Below, one piece after another: positions 34,084-46,400 of a DNA stretch of 64,000 nt (position 1 is its first letter; the number at the start of each line of letters is the position of its first letter). Below the pieces are notes generated by a model, which worked only from the letters and a program-made list of their open reading frames with translations, was not told where the DNA came from and did not search any database. A program made the translations under genes and the position numbers. Origin of the DNA: Mayamaea pseudoterrestris. Its lineage: Eukaryota. The stretch covers positions 1 through 64,000 of the forward strand of contig BROI01000025.1 in NCBI GenBank assembly GCA_027923505.1, in the 5' to 3' direction.

Positions 34084-37000
34084 AGCGGTAGCCATTCCAC
34101 AATGCTCCGTGTGGATTCGCAGATCCCCAGCAGGGACCCTAGCCCAGCACCAGGACAGCTCCTCGTGCTCCTTCCAATACTCGTCGTCGCTCCCTTCTCC
34201 TTCAGACCGACGATCCAAACGACTTAAAGCATCTGCAATGGGGTTATCTTCGCCCTTTAAGTAATAGAAAGAAGGCGTAAATTCCTCGATAAACAAACGC
34301 CAGCGCATCACTCGATTCGACGCGTGCTTTGTCGTTGGCTCCACATTGTTCTTGTGGTCCGTATAGATTCTAACCTCATGCCCCAAGAGAATGTTTTGAT
34401 ACTCTCTAAGGGTTTCAACAACAGATAGCAATTCCCTTTCGCCAGTCGTATAGCGCTGCTGGGCGCCCGACAGCTTGCGACTGTAGAACGCAATCGGCTT
34501 GCCCGCTTGACTGATAACGGCGCCAAGTTGATACTCGCTAGCATCTGTATGAACGTCAAAAGGCAAGCTGAAATCAGGGAATGAAAGCATAACATCTGCA
34601 GTGATTGCTTTCTTAGCTTTGTCGAAAGCCGCTTGCTCTGCTGGCCCCCATCGAAACTTGTCGCGGGGCTTCAATTTCGTCAAGGCAGTGAGTGGTGCTA
34701 GGATATGACTCCGTTTGCGCCACATATCTCGATAGTAGTTGATTAATCCAAGGAAAGAACGCAGTTGCTTCAAGTTCTTTGGTGGTTCAAGACGCTTAAT
34801 AGCTTCCACTTTCTTTGGTATAGGCTTGACACCTTGCGGCGTTAGCCAGTCACCGAGGTACTCGAGCTCCTTCACGCCAAAGGAACACTTCAGCAAGTTG
34901 ATCCGTAAACCCGCGTCACTTAGACGCTTTAACACTTGCTCAAGCTTGTCCAAATGGTTGGTAAAGTTGCCTTTAGTGATGATCAAAAGGTCGTCCAAAT
35001 ACGTACGAACGAACTCGAGTCCTTCCATCAAGATCCCCATCTTTTCTTGAAAGATATCTGGGCTGCCTTTTGCCCCCATCGGCAATCGCAAGTACTCATA
35101 TTTCATCCAAGGAAGGACAATGGTACAAAGCCAAGAGGCATTTGGAGTCAATTGGATGGTATAATAACCCATGTTTAAATCCAACGACGAGGCGAGCGTA
35201 AAGCCGCCGAGTTTGCGTAGCGTGTCCTGTATATTGGGTATCGGCCACGGCTTCCTTTTGAGCATGCTATTAAGCTTGCGGAAATCCGATATGAATCGAA
35301 CAGTACCGTTCTTCTTTGGTATAATGAACGTTGGCGATCCCCATTCACTCCCTTGACTGGGGCGCAAAACGCCGAGCTCAACGAGTCGATCGCATTCCTT
35401 TCGAAGCGTTTCCTCATAAACCTCAGGGATTGGATAAGCACGCGAATGAAACGGCTTTGCGTCTTCCTTGAGCTCAAAGTCAACTGGTTCCGTCTTCCAG
35501 GATCCAAGGGTGCCGTCAAAGAGGTGCTCGTATTTGAAAAGCAACGACTTGAGGCCCGACTTTTGCTCGGTCGACAGGTTTTCCATTTCAGAGACCACTT
35601 TATCAATATCAGCCTTCTTGTATTTAGCATCAAGGATCCTGGTTGCTCTATCGGTCGCTTCCAAGAGCGAGTCGCCCTCGCGAACGGTGTTGAATAGCTC
35701 TTCGGCAAATTCTGCCTGCGCCACGTCATGGATCATGGACTCGAAAACCTCGTCCATTGTACGTCCATTCATCGCGAGCATTGGCATGCTTGCGCCATCC
35801 CACACGAGTGTGCCAGTAGACCACTTGATATCTATTCCAAGTTGCTGCATTAGGTCCCGCCCGATGATCAAATCAAAACGACTTGCAACATCATCAGGAA
35901 GCTCATCCACGGCAAACCTCCAGGTTACCTCCTTAGTTGGGGATAGCTCGGGCATCGTGAAGGTTAACGTGACATCGTTCCGGGTTACGAAACTGCCTCC
36001 GTTTGTTTTCCATATTGTTTCCTTTGATGCCTTCGTTTTGCCTCCTTTAAAGAGCTCCTCCGGGATCACCTTACGGCGTACGAGTGAACGACTACAACCA
36101 GTATCTAGCAAGACCCTATTGCAATTAACAGGCTTGTCGCCATTGCTACTAACGTTCTTAATCAATACCCTCAGTTCTGTGACTAAATCAACAGGACAGG
36201 TACGATCCGTTAGCGTGGGTTTGCGTGACACCGTATGCTTCAACAGAGCGTATAGCTCCTCGTCAAAGGGCAAGTCACTCACCTTAGCCTCCTCCTCAAC
36301 CAACTGCTCAGGAATAGCAGCGACAGGAGGGACACGTGATTCGGAATCAGAGTCACAGACATCCATCGCGTTCAAGGTTTCGACGAAATTCGCTTCTTGA
36401 GCAGCGCCATTCGTCTTGCCACGCTTGATGTCCTTCTTCTTCTTAAAGCACTTGTCTTCAATGTGCCCAGGCTTCTTGCAGTACGTACACGTGGGCTTCG
36501 CCGCGGTACCTGCACCATTCGCCTTGTGAGGCGGCGTCTTCTTCAACTGATTCGATTTCCCAGAACCATTCGACTTGCCGCCGCCATTGCCATTGCTTCC
36601 GCCTCCACCGCTCTGGTTTCCCGAAGACGGCTGAGGATGCGGCTGCGTGGCATAGAACTGGTCGAGGTTCTTGATGTACTCAACAATTTCGTCGAAGTCC
36701 TGCTCCTCCCAGTCATACTGCGATGCCCCCATAATGCCCTGCACCGTGTCCGACATGCCATTGACGAGGATATCTTTCTTCTCATCCTCTTCAAAGTCGG
36801 TCTGCTTGCGTGTTCCATGCAAGTACATGATGAACGCAAACTGACGACGCAAACGGCTGACGTAAGTGGTAACAGACATGCTAGCAGGCTTGCGAGTGTG
36901 GCGCATGCAGCGCTTTTGATCACGGCGAGCGGACGATTTCATGACTCGTAAAGCGAACTCCTTGAGAGCGCTCTTGAATCCTTTCTCTGACTGCTCATGC

Positions 37001-37527
37001 TCCATTACAAGATCCTTCCAAGCATCAAGCGAAGGGCCGCAAAGAAGCTGCACGGCGCCTTGAAACTTTTCCTTCACCGAGACAAGGGGAGTGTTCTCAA
37101 TAACTTCATCAAGTTGACGACGCCATTCGCAGTACTGCTCGGCTGTCTCAATGTCAACTTCCCAGATCTCCTTCTCGTGCTTGGGATTGGTATGCTTGTG
37201 ATACGGAACGGTTGGATCGCGTAAGTACTGGAGCTTGATGTTGGCCGTCTTGGCTTTGTGCTTGTCAAGCGCCTCTGGCTCAAGAGGGATTGGAGCCATC
37301 TTGCGAACACGCCTAAAGGCTGCTCCAACATCAACCTCGCCATTGCGCAAATGCTTGCTAAAAACGGTCGGCATCTTTCTTGCTTGTCTAAGCTTAATTC
37401 ACCCTTCTTTGAGGAGTGCTAGCACTTTGACCTATTGTAGATGGGTAAACCATGCAATAGCAGATTAAGTATGCGTTACGCTATTGATTGATACCTTCAC
37501 TCGTAATCCTCAAAAGATCCATCTATA
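34084..37527 (-). mobile_element. 3'-truncated Ty3/Gypsy retrotransposon (gag-PR-RT-RNase H; integrase and 3' LTR missing); 5' boundary uncertain
   Basis: ORF from 37374: CTYCKKPGHIEDKC, LLDTGCS, ISDFRKLN, LDLNMGYY, RLPMG, YLDD, TDASEYQLG, ERELL, TDHKN, ADALSR; it then runs into the Copia LTR at 34083. Confidence 0.9.
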
Positions 37528-38060
37528 GAGATCCAAAGGATCGGCTTGTGATTCAATAGTTAGAATACTCCTTGTCGTAGAGACGTCGTACCGTGATGTC
37601 AGCTCATAATCACTGGCAACCTGTGGGTAGCTAAAATGACCCGGTGCCCGATCGTGCCAAAAACAGTCATTCGTCATTTGGGGCATAACTATTTTTGTCA
37701 ACAAATTCGTCGAAACGGAACGGACGATGATGCTGCCGCGCCGCGCCGCGCGACTTCGCGACCGCGACATGAAGACTGCTTGACCGCTCCCTCCCTCCGG
37801 TTGACTGTGAGTCCATCCAATTGCACCAGCTACGGTATTACAGCATTTTATTGAGAGCACAATATATAGCACTAATAATGCAGGAACGACGGCGGAGGCC
37901 CAGTATGCAACCAATGAACATCTTGGCAGCGGCAGCAACGAAAACTAGCATCCGCCATCAAGAGGAGGAATTTCAAACGACGAGGAACCGTCGTCGGCAC
38001 GAACCTGCGCACCAATTCTGTCGAGCATGTTTGACTTCAAAACATTTATCCAAGCAAATT

Positions 38061-41000
38061 ATGATAAATGGAAATACTAATGATATGCAACGACAACGAC
38101 AACGACAACGACGACGACGACGAGAGTCGCTGCAGCAACGATTCATAACGCAACAATCCGCCTTGCTGCTGTCGCTCCTGTTTCTCCTTATACTACAATC
38201 AACGACCATAAGCGCACTACCCTTTGACACTTGCTCAAACGCGTTGCAATCAGCAGATGCAGACTCGGACGGCAGTTTGGATGCCACGGAGTACGCTCAA
38301 GCGGTGGAAACATTGTCAAACGGCGCAGTCACTTCTGTCACGTCAGGCTCATCATTGGAAACAACCTTTGATACGTATATCGACGGCATTGACTTGAGCA
38401 GCGACTCCACAGCCACAGCAACTGCCTGTCGCTCACTCTATCAAGCCTTGCTGCAAGCGCTCAACGTGTCCTTCACCTCGCAGCAATGTACGGTGGGTTT
38501 GATCGTTGGCGACGCAGACCGCGACGCGTCACTGAGTCAAGACTACGAGTACGTACGGTTCGTCAACTTTTTGGCCAATGGAGACTTGGCAAGCGTCACC
38601 GACTATGGCGAACTGGCAGCTCCCGTGCAAAACGTGTTTGTTGATTTTGCGTCGTCGACGACAATTGACGTGACTGGCAGCAAGCCGAGCGAAACGCCAA
38701 CGGACGAACAAGAACTATTTTTGGCGGATTTGTGCGACCAAGCCGCCGTGGCAATCTACACGAGTGCAGCAAAAAGTGGTAACGCAACGCCAGCACCCGC
38801 ATCGAGTCCATCAGCGGCAGCAGAAAGTCCCTCCTTGTTTGCTTCGACCAACGCACCGACTGCAGCCACAACAACAACTACTAGCGAAGCGTCCTTTACC
38901 TTTACGGAATGCACCACGAGTTTGGCCTTTTCCGACTTGACGCGCAACGGCGTCTTGGAGTCCAATGAATATGTGCGCTTTTTGAACCGACTCACCAGCA
39001 ACGCCTACTACGCGGAAACGTACGATACACTGCCAGTGGTTCTGCAAAACAGTTTTGAAACGCTATCGGACGTTTCCGCGCAAGGCATTTTGATTGACGG
39101 TTCGGCGCCTGGTTCGACGCCCACCGACGAGGAATTGGCGCACTTGCAGGAGGTTTGTGACGCGACGGACGTTGCCTTGCAGGAGGCTGGCGGAAGTGGA
39201 GGAGGAGCAACGACTACGAGTCCAGCCGCTGCGCCAACGACGGATGCGACTGCTCCAACCACAGCAACAACTAGTGCACCATCAGCAGAAGCATCATCGA
39301 CAAGTATTGAGCTAGAATACACCCGATGCCTCCAATATCTTGCCGTTTCCGACTTGGATCGCGATGACGCGTTGAGTGAAACGGAATACTTGCGGTTCCT
39401 CACCTATGCGAGTGCTCGCGCCATTTCCGCCACGGACTACTCCGAGTTGGATGAAACACTGCAAGGCAACTTTAGAGATTTGGCGGCTGGTGAAGACGCA
39501 ATTGACATTACTGGGAGCAAACCGGGCGATGCACCGACAACTGATCAAGAGGAACATTTGACGGACGTTTGCAATGCTACCGTGGCCGCCGTGAACGAGT
39601 CATTGAATCCAACAAGTGATGACCAGACGGTGCTTCCGCCGCCACTGGACAATGCCGTCAACGCGACAATTTACAATGCTTGGATTGTTTCGGATCCAAA
39701 TGGTGCTATTACGGCTATTTCGCTGCGGACGGGGCAGAACCGAAAGGCGCTCGATGAGGGTTACGCAACCTTTGTGAATGACCAGTTTCGTCTATTTTTG
39801 CAAACAACTAGTGAGAGTCGTCTGTTACAGGATGCTATCGATGCCGCACCGGCCTTGTATCTGGCGGATGGTTCGATCGAAAACTATCAACTAGTCGACT
39901 ACGCTCCTTGTCCCCCTTTTGCTAATGGAACACCAACGACTGGCACCTGCACAAAAATATTTTCGAGCTTTAACGTTTCCATGTCCAATGTAGATAACAC
40001 AAAGGTTATTGCGGATCAGCTCATGCAGCAGACCATGAAAAATATTCCGAAGGATCTGCAAGCGGATATACTCGAAGCATACCAAGCGACGGCGCTAGTC
40101 GTCGTCAATTCCAACTTGCCGATTCAGCCTCCAGCAGACCCCGGTGTCGCCACGGACGACGATGAGAGCGAATCCGAGGAGTCGGGTGAAAAATCTAATA
40201 CTGGTGCAATTGCAGCGTCTATCATTGTTGTCCTCTTGCTCATCTGTTTTGTTGGAGGAGGAATCTTCTACGCTCGTCGCAACAATATGAGTTGCGAAGA
40301 CGTGATGATATGGCTGCCGGAAATACCATGTATATTCAAGCGAAACCGCAAGGACGAAGATGCCGACAAGACGGCCGACATTGAAAAAGCCGCTTATGGG
40401 GATGACGACGATGATGACTACGAGTTTGGGACGGCACCCACTCCGAAAGAAGCGGCCGACAATGATTTTAAATATGGAGATGACGACGATGAAAGCAACG
40501 CCTTTAGTGTCATGGATCAAGATCCTTCGCAAAGCGGACACGACGACGAGGACGCTGTAGGTGGCGGTAAGGGTAACAAATTCAAGTTTGGTTTGGGAAA
40601 GAAGAAGGCGGCAGCCGGAACTTTCGACGGCGCTATCGGTGAATTGGGAGTTGACGCTTTCAATGATACGGCGGCAAATGACTTTGCAGACTATGGTTTT
40701 GATGACCCAGTCGCCGGAATGGGGAATACGACGGATGATATTTTTGGTGCGAACGGGGATAATGTATTCGAAAGTGCGTGGGGCAAACGAGGCGATGGTT
40801 CCACCACCGGCGACCAATATTCAAAGGCCTCACGTAGTAGACAGTCTGGTGATCGTTCGGGGTCCAATTCAGATTCTGGCTCGGAAGACGACGAGTCCTA
40901 TGATGATGGCGACGACGATGTTGCATTTAGAAAAGAACCAAATTTCGAGACTGCAGAAATACCCGACAATATGCGTCATTTGGACGCCATGGTCGACCAA

Positions 41001-42791
41001 GGAAATTGGGACGGTGTCATGGCCGCAGCTACAAAAATTGACAACGACTTAACAGACGGAGATGGTTCAGAACCTAGCCGACCATCGCTACAAGAAAGCG
41101 AAGGTCTGAGTCACTCGGATGGCTCGGATAATTCGTCAACAGAGCCAAAACCTGTGCTGTACGACCCAGACCGGACACGAGATGACGACTCTGCTGGAGA
41201 CTCATTCGTCAGCTATTCGTCGGAAGAGTTACGAAGGCGGGCACAATATAGAGGACAGGTAGAAGCGCTTGTGAAAAAAGTAGTGCCAGATGAGGTGGAC
41301 AACATTGACGCAATGATGGACCAATTTTCTGGGCGAGAAGCGGAGTTGATTCACACACTACAAACAATGGAGGAACGTTCGGCGACGCAACGCGCTCGCA
41401 AGGCGGTACACAAGAGTAAAGCAATGCCTCAGCGCGAAAATATACCTTTCGGTCCAGGTGGTACTGAAGGATCCGCTGCCATTGCTGCAGCCAGTACAAT
41501 TGGCGTTCAAGTTGGTGCCTTTGATGACGGTGGTGGATTCGCAGCTGGAGGTAATAATTTCGGCTTTGGTGCCCAGAATGCCGGATTTGATAACGGTTAT
41601 GGTGATGGCGAAGGCAGCTACAGCAAGAGTGGGTCCTACTCGGACGATCAGAGTCGATCCGACAGCAGAAGCGGCTCATATTCTCGCAGTGAACGCAGCG
41701 GGTCTCGATCTTACTACAGTGACGAGCGATCAGGCACAGGATCGCAGTCGTATTACAGTAAGGAAGATGGCACTGCAGCAAGTGGAAGCGTTGTCAGTGG
41801 GTCGCAATACTCTGGCAGTCGGACCGGAAGCCATCAAACAGGCTCCATTCGCTCCGGAGACGATCAAAGATCGTACGTTAGCGGCGAAGGATCCAAATCT
41901 TACGTTAGTGGCGCCGATAGCCGGACTGGGTCTCACTACAGCGGAGATGATCAAGGTTCATTTGTTAGCGGCGATGGTACTCGTTCATACATAAGTGGCC
42001 AAGGGAGCCGAACTGGATCGTATCATAGTGGAGAAGCAAGTCGAACAGGCTCGTATCGAAGTGGAGACGGCAGCAGAACTGGATCCTATCGAAGCGGGGA
42101 AGGCAGTCAGTCATATCGATCAAGGGACGGAGGATCCTATGTCAGTGGAGAAGGGTCGCGCTCCTATAGATCCGGAGAGGATGAGGGATCTTACATTAGC
42201 GGTGAAGGCTCTCGTTCCCGTCGTTCAGGTGACGAAGGTTCCTACATCAGCGGTGACGGCTCTCGCTCCCGTCGTTCAGTTGATGAAGGTTCCTACATTA
42301 GTGGTGAAGGCTCTCGCTCTCGTCGATCAGGTGACGAAGGATCCTACATTAGCGGTGAAGGCTCTCGTTCTCGTCGATCAGGTGATGAAGGATCATATGT
42401 AAGTGGTGAAGGTTCTCGCTCCTACCGCTCAGGTGATGAAGGCTCCTATGTCAGTGGTGAAGGGTCACGGTCCTACCGCTCGGGCGAAGATGAAGGCTCC
42501 TACGTTACTGGAGACGGCTCGCGATCATACCGATCGGGAGAGGATGAAGGCTCCTACGTTAGTGGAGAAGGCTCGCGATCATACCGATCGGGAGAGGAAG
42601 AACGGTCATACGTTAGCGGAGAAGGCTCGCGGTCATATCGATCGGGAGAGGAAGAAGGTTCCTACGTGAGTGGAGACGAAGGATCGCAAAGCTACCGCTC
42701 CGGCGAGGAAGGAAGCTACCAGTCGGGCTCGTACGTGAGTGGCGATGGCAGCCGGTCTCGTACAACCTACTCGGGCGAGTATGATGACTAG
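38061..42791 (+). CDS. Type-I membrane protein A: 4 Cys-flanked EF-hand-like modules, RLL motif, TM, acidic cytosolic tail with Ser/Gly/Arg tandem repeats; start 38061 or 38085
   Basis: Signal LLLSLLFLLILQSTTISA; loops DADSDGSLDATEY, DADRDASLSQDYEY, DLTRNGVLESNEY, DLDRDDALSETEY; TM IAASIIVVLLLICFVGGGIFYA. Confidence 0.85.
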   Translation: MINGNTNDMQRQRQRQRRRRRESLQQRFITQQSALLLSLLFLLILQSTTISALPFDTCSNALQSADADSDGSLDATEYAQAVETLSNGAVTSVTSGSSLETTFDTYIDGIDLSSDSTATATACRSLYQALLQALNVSFTSQQCTVGLIVGDADRDASLSQDYEYVRFVNFLANGDLASVTDYGELAAPVQNVFVDFASSTTIDVTGSKPSETPTDEQELFLADLCDQAAVAIYTSAAKSGNATPAPASSPSAAAESPSLFASTNAPTAATTTTTSEASFTFTECTTSLAFSDLTRNGVLESNEYVRFLNRLTSNAYYAETYDTLPVVLQNSFETLSDVSAQGILIDGSAPGSTPTDEELAHLQEVCDATDVALQEAGGSGGGATTTSPAAAPTTDATAPTTATTSAPSAEASSTSIELEYTRCLQYLAVSDLDRDDALSETEYLRFLTYASARAISATDYSELDETLQGNFRDLAAGEDAIDITGSKPGDAPTTDQEEHLTDVCNATVAAVNESLNPTSDDQTVLPPPLDNAVNATIYNAWIVSDPNGAITAISLRTGQNRKALDEGYATFVNDQFRLFLQTTSESRLLQDAIDAAPALYLADGSIENYQLVDYAPCPPFANGTPTTGTCTKIFSSFNVSMSNVDNTKVIADQLMQQTMKNIPKDLQADILEAYQATALVVVNSNLPIQPPADPGVATDDDESESEESGEKSNTGAIAASIIVVLLLICFVGGGIFYARRNNMSCEDVMIWLPEIPCIFKRNRKDEDADKTADIEKAAYGDDDDDDYEFGTAPTPKEAADNDFKYGDDDDESNAFSVMDQDPSQSGHDDEDAVGGGKGNKFKFGLGKKKAAAGTFDGAIGELGVDAFNDTAANDFADYGFDDPVAGMGNTTDDIFGANGDNVFESAWGKRGDGSTTGDQYSKASRSRQSGDRSGSNSDSGSEDDESYDDGDDDVAFRKEPNFETAEIPDNMRHLDAMVDQGNWDGVMAAATKIDNDLTDGDGSEPSRPSLQESEGLSHSDGSDNSSTEPKPVLYDPDRTRDDDSAGDSFVSYSSEELRRRAQYRGQVEALVKKVVPDEVDNIDAMMDQFSGREAELIHTLQTMEERSATQRARKAVHKSKAMPQRENIPFGPGGTEGSAAIAAASTIGVQVGAFDDGGGFAAGGNNFGFGAQNAGFDNGYGDGEGSYSKSGSYSDDQSRSDSRSGSYSRSERSGSRSYYSDERSGTGSQSYYSKEDGTAASGSVVSGSQYSGSRTGSHQTGSIRSGDDQRSYVSGEGSKSYVSGADSRTGSHYSGDDQGSFVSGDGTRSYISGQGSRTGSYHSGEASRTGSYRSGDGSRTGSYRSGEGSQSYRSRDGGSYVSGEGSRSYRSGEDEGSYISGEGSRSRRSGDEGSYISGDGSRSRRSVDEGSYISGEGSRSRRSGDEGSYISGEGSRSRRSGDEGSYVSGEGSRSYRSGDEGSYVSGEGSRSYRSGEDEGSYVTGDGSRSYRSGEDEGSYVSGEGSRSYRSGEEERSYVSGEGSRSYRSGEEEGSYVSGDEGSQSYRSGEEGSYQSGSYVSGDGSRSRTTYSGEYDD
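41870..42770 (+). repeat. Coding minisatellite, 51-54 bp unit (GSY[VI]SG[ED]GSRS[YR]RSG[E]DE), about 10 well-conserved copies plus degenerate ones
   Basis: Visible in the translation and in the DNA, clearest at 42130-42720. Confidence 0.9.
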
Positions 42792-43405
42792 TAAAATATG
42801 CTTACTACTGTATAAAGTGATATCTATGAATATTATTATAGGCTACCGCGGTATTGTATATGAATTGATGCTGGCGAGTGTAGCAGACACAAAGAAACAT
42901 ACACCAAGAAGTCATTCAACTGCTGCAACATCCTTGCAATAGTAAACTTCATGTTTGGCATGACATGGCAAAGAATAATGCTAGCTGCGAGTAGAAAAAG
43001 CTACCGGTATACGGTATGCTTTGGACTGGACCAAGTGATGCCATGTTGGCGCTTCGGACAGAGTATACCGGTGCGACAAAAATCAGTCATGCAGGATTGA
43101 TCGTGCCTCGACTGCTCGGAAGCAGCTCAGCCATTTTGTACTGTTTAATGGATAGTAAGTTATGACTTGTTTTGACAATTCACAACTACTATGGTTCAAA
43201 GTGTACTCTCTCGTTTCGTCGGATCACGATCAAGGGCGAATTGGGCGACGACGATGGAGGGCCGAGTCCGTTCAAGCGGCAAAAGTTGGCCATGCCCATG
43301 ATTAATTTTGGCCTACAGTCGTTCATCAAGCTACTACCGTAGCAGATCGCACTGAAGCAACAGCATCCAATACAGAGTGTATTTGTAGTATAGTACAGCG
43401 CTATA

Positions 43406-46400
43406 ATGGCAGCGAATGCTTGCGGTGACCAAACCCAGCAACCATTAGCAGCACGACCCATCAATATGAAGCGACCAAGACTACGTGAAACCCGACAATC
43501 CACTTGTTTCGCAGTGATGCAGCAACTATTAGAACGGAGAATGAAGTTGATATGGAATGACTCAAGTAGTTTGTTGATTCATGTGCTGAGACGTTTCGCT
43601 CAACTCGGCAAACGGCAGCAGCAGCAGCCCCGACTGCTCCTGCTGCTCATTCTTCTATTCACTTCTTCTGCATCAAACGTTGTCGTTTCAGCTCAATCGA
43701 TCAATTATTTCACAAAGTGCTTTGGCGTACTGCAACGAGCCGATGCCAATATTGACTTGAGCTTGGACCGCACCGAGTATGCCGCAGCCGTTCTGGAGCT
43801 GAGCCACCAAAAAATTGACATTTTCAACGACTTTGCCAACGTTCCACCAAGCGTGACGGAATTTTACACCGCCAATGAAGACTCGACGAGTGGTGGCATA
43901 CTGATCGCCGGCGCAAATGACGCTGCGGTAGCTGCTGCTGATCCAAACTACGACGCCACCTTTGCATTGTGTGACTCGCTGTACGATAGCATTTACAACG
44001 TTTGGAGCGTTGGCGTGGATGCGCCATCCTGCGTCGCAAGTACCACTACAGCAGACGCCAGTGGCAATAACGTATTGGATGAAGAGGAGTATGTCGCCTT
44101 GGTGAACGACTTGACCAACGACGCTGCTTCTGGCTTTGCGTTTGCGGAACTGCCGGAGAGTGTGCAGACGGTCTTTGTTGACTTTGCTGGCATTGCGACG
44201 GCAGTCAGTTTTGCGAATGAAAATGACGTTTGGCAGCGCAACTTTTGCAGCATGACGAATCTGGAAGTCACGGTGGCGGCATCAAATGTAGCAACCGAAG
44301 CTCCTGTCGCCACGGAACCGCCGTTGCTGACCATGCTGCCAACGGCAGTGGAAACTGCCACAAGCACTAGCAGTGCCTCTGTAACGTCGACGACAAGTCT
44401 GGCACCGACAAGTGCAGAGTCCATTGGATTTACGGTTGCTCCGACTGCTTCAACAATACCATTAAAGGCGCCATCATTGTTTGCAACCACGCTTGCTCCC
44501 GAGTCGCAAGCTCCATCAATTACACCTACAATAACTGATACTACGTCAGGGACTGGATCACCAGCAATACCAGTGACTACATCTTCAGAGTCGCCATCTG
44601 TTCTACCATCCAGCACACCCAGCTTATTACCGACAATTACAGTCACGTCTGCGCCATCCTCGCCACCCTCCGTAGCGCCCATTCCAGTCTCAGAGTTGTC
44701 AGCTTCCACGCAAGTTTGCCTCAATGCCATTGGCATTTCTGATTTCAACAAGGATGACAACCTGGCAACCGACGAGTATACCGCCTTTTGCAACATTCTT
44801 GGCCAGCAAACCTTTCCGCTAGCCTTTCGATTCTTGGATGAATCGCTGATTGGCATATTCGAAGCTCGACGGGTCTTTAGCGCCATGCCCGTGACTGGTG
44901 CTAACGTTGCCGAAGCTAGCAATCAAGTGCTGGCGCAAGACTTTGTCTATTTGGACGACTTGTGTACTGACGTTTGGACGGCTGTTTTGAAAGTTTCGAA
45001 TGGAACAATCGCTATACCGACGGAAGTATCTGGAGCGGGCGCAGTTTTGCCACCGACCGCGGCGCCAACGGCACCACCAGTGGCGTTTGCGGATTTGACA
45101 TCAGGCACGCAAACCTGTGTCACCGCCATGAAGCAAGCCGATGCTAATCTGGACGAGCAAATAGCGACGGATGAGTACACTGCCTTGGTGAATATATTGA
45201 CTGATAACACGTCACCGCAAGCCTTTCGCTACTTGGATCCAGCGCTCATTGCTGTCTTTGAGTCGCATCGAGAGGTCACGGTCATTCCGGCAGCTGGCAT
45301 ATTCTTGGATCCAATGCCGGCGACCAATGCGACTGCGCTGGAACAACTATGCACCGAAATATTGAATGCCTTGCCAATTGTCATTCCGACCGAGGCGCCT
45401 ATCGCCGTCTCTGACTTGACGCCTGCGACGCAAGTTTGCGTCGACGCCATGAAACAAGTTGACGCCAACCGGGATGAGAGTCTAGCGACCGATGAGTATA
45501 CAAACTTTGTCAATGTCTTGGGTCAAGATTCCTTTTCGAAAGCCTTTCGCTATCTTGACGAGTCTTTGCAATCTATATTCGATTCGCGACGAGATGTTAG
45601 TGTTATACATGTTACTGGTATTGGATCTAATCCGATACCTGCTCCGAACGCAACGTCACTGGAAGGATTGTGCACAGACGTCTGGAAGGCGGTATCGCGA
45701 CTTACAGCAGGCGTCATTCAGCCACCGATGGAGGCAGAAACTAATAATACGTCGTCAGACCCTCTTGTATTTGTTGCCGATCTGACTCCATCAACAATCA
45801 GCTGCATTGGCGCTTTGAAAGTAGCTGATGTTAACCAGGATGAGAGTCTTGTTACGGACGAGTACACAAATTTTGTCAACATTCTCGGCAACAACACTTT
45901 TTCCAAGGTTTTTCGCTATCTGGATCCCTCGCTAATATCCACTTTTGAGTCATACAGGGACGTGACCGTCATTCATGCTTGGGGAATTGCTTCTGATCCC
46001 ATGCCTGCTTCAAACGCATCGGCCTTGGAGGATTTTTGTGGCGCAGTATGGTCCGCCGTCGCTGTGGCTTCCAATGGCACCATCGCGCCGCCTTCTGGTG
46101 CCAGTGCCGGTAACTTGACATGCCCAGAGCCAGCACCGCTGAGCGAATCGGAAACGTCTGCATGCAAGATTGCTCTTATCATTGGCGATGCCAACCGCGA
46201 TGATATGCTCGATCAATTTGAATGGATTCGTTTTCTAAATAGGTTGACAAGGAACAAATATTCTTCAGTCACTACATTCGCCGGATTACCGGAAGTTGTT
46301 CAGACACCTTTTCAAGAGCTTTCTGATGGAACAGGGATGGTCAGCGTGTCTGGATCCAAGCCAGGAGCGACTCCTACGGAAGAGGAGCTGGTACAAATAC

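Noticed and set aside
37436..37452. TGG-starting PBS candidate TGGTTTACCCATCTACA
   Set aside because: Its complement does not resemble a tRNA 3' end (no C61/T-arm pattern).
37436..37527. Possible 92-bp Gypsy 5' LTR (TGTAGATGG...CCATCTATA)
   Set aside because: No second copy, imperfect terminal repeat and no clear PBS; used only as an approximate boundary.
38088..38122. (CAACGA)n/(CGA)n microsatellite
   Set aside because: Ordinary simple repeat encoding QR/R runs.
42130..42720. CRISPR-like periodic repeat
   Set aside because: No unique spacers; it is an in-frame coding minisatellite in a eukaryotic gene.
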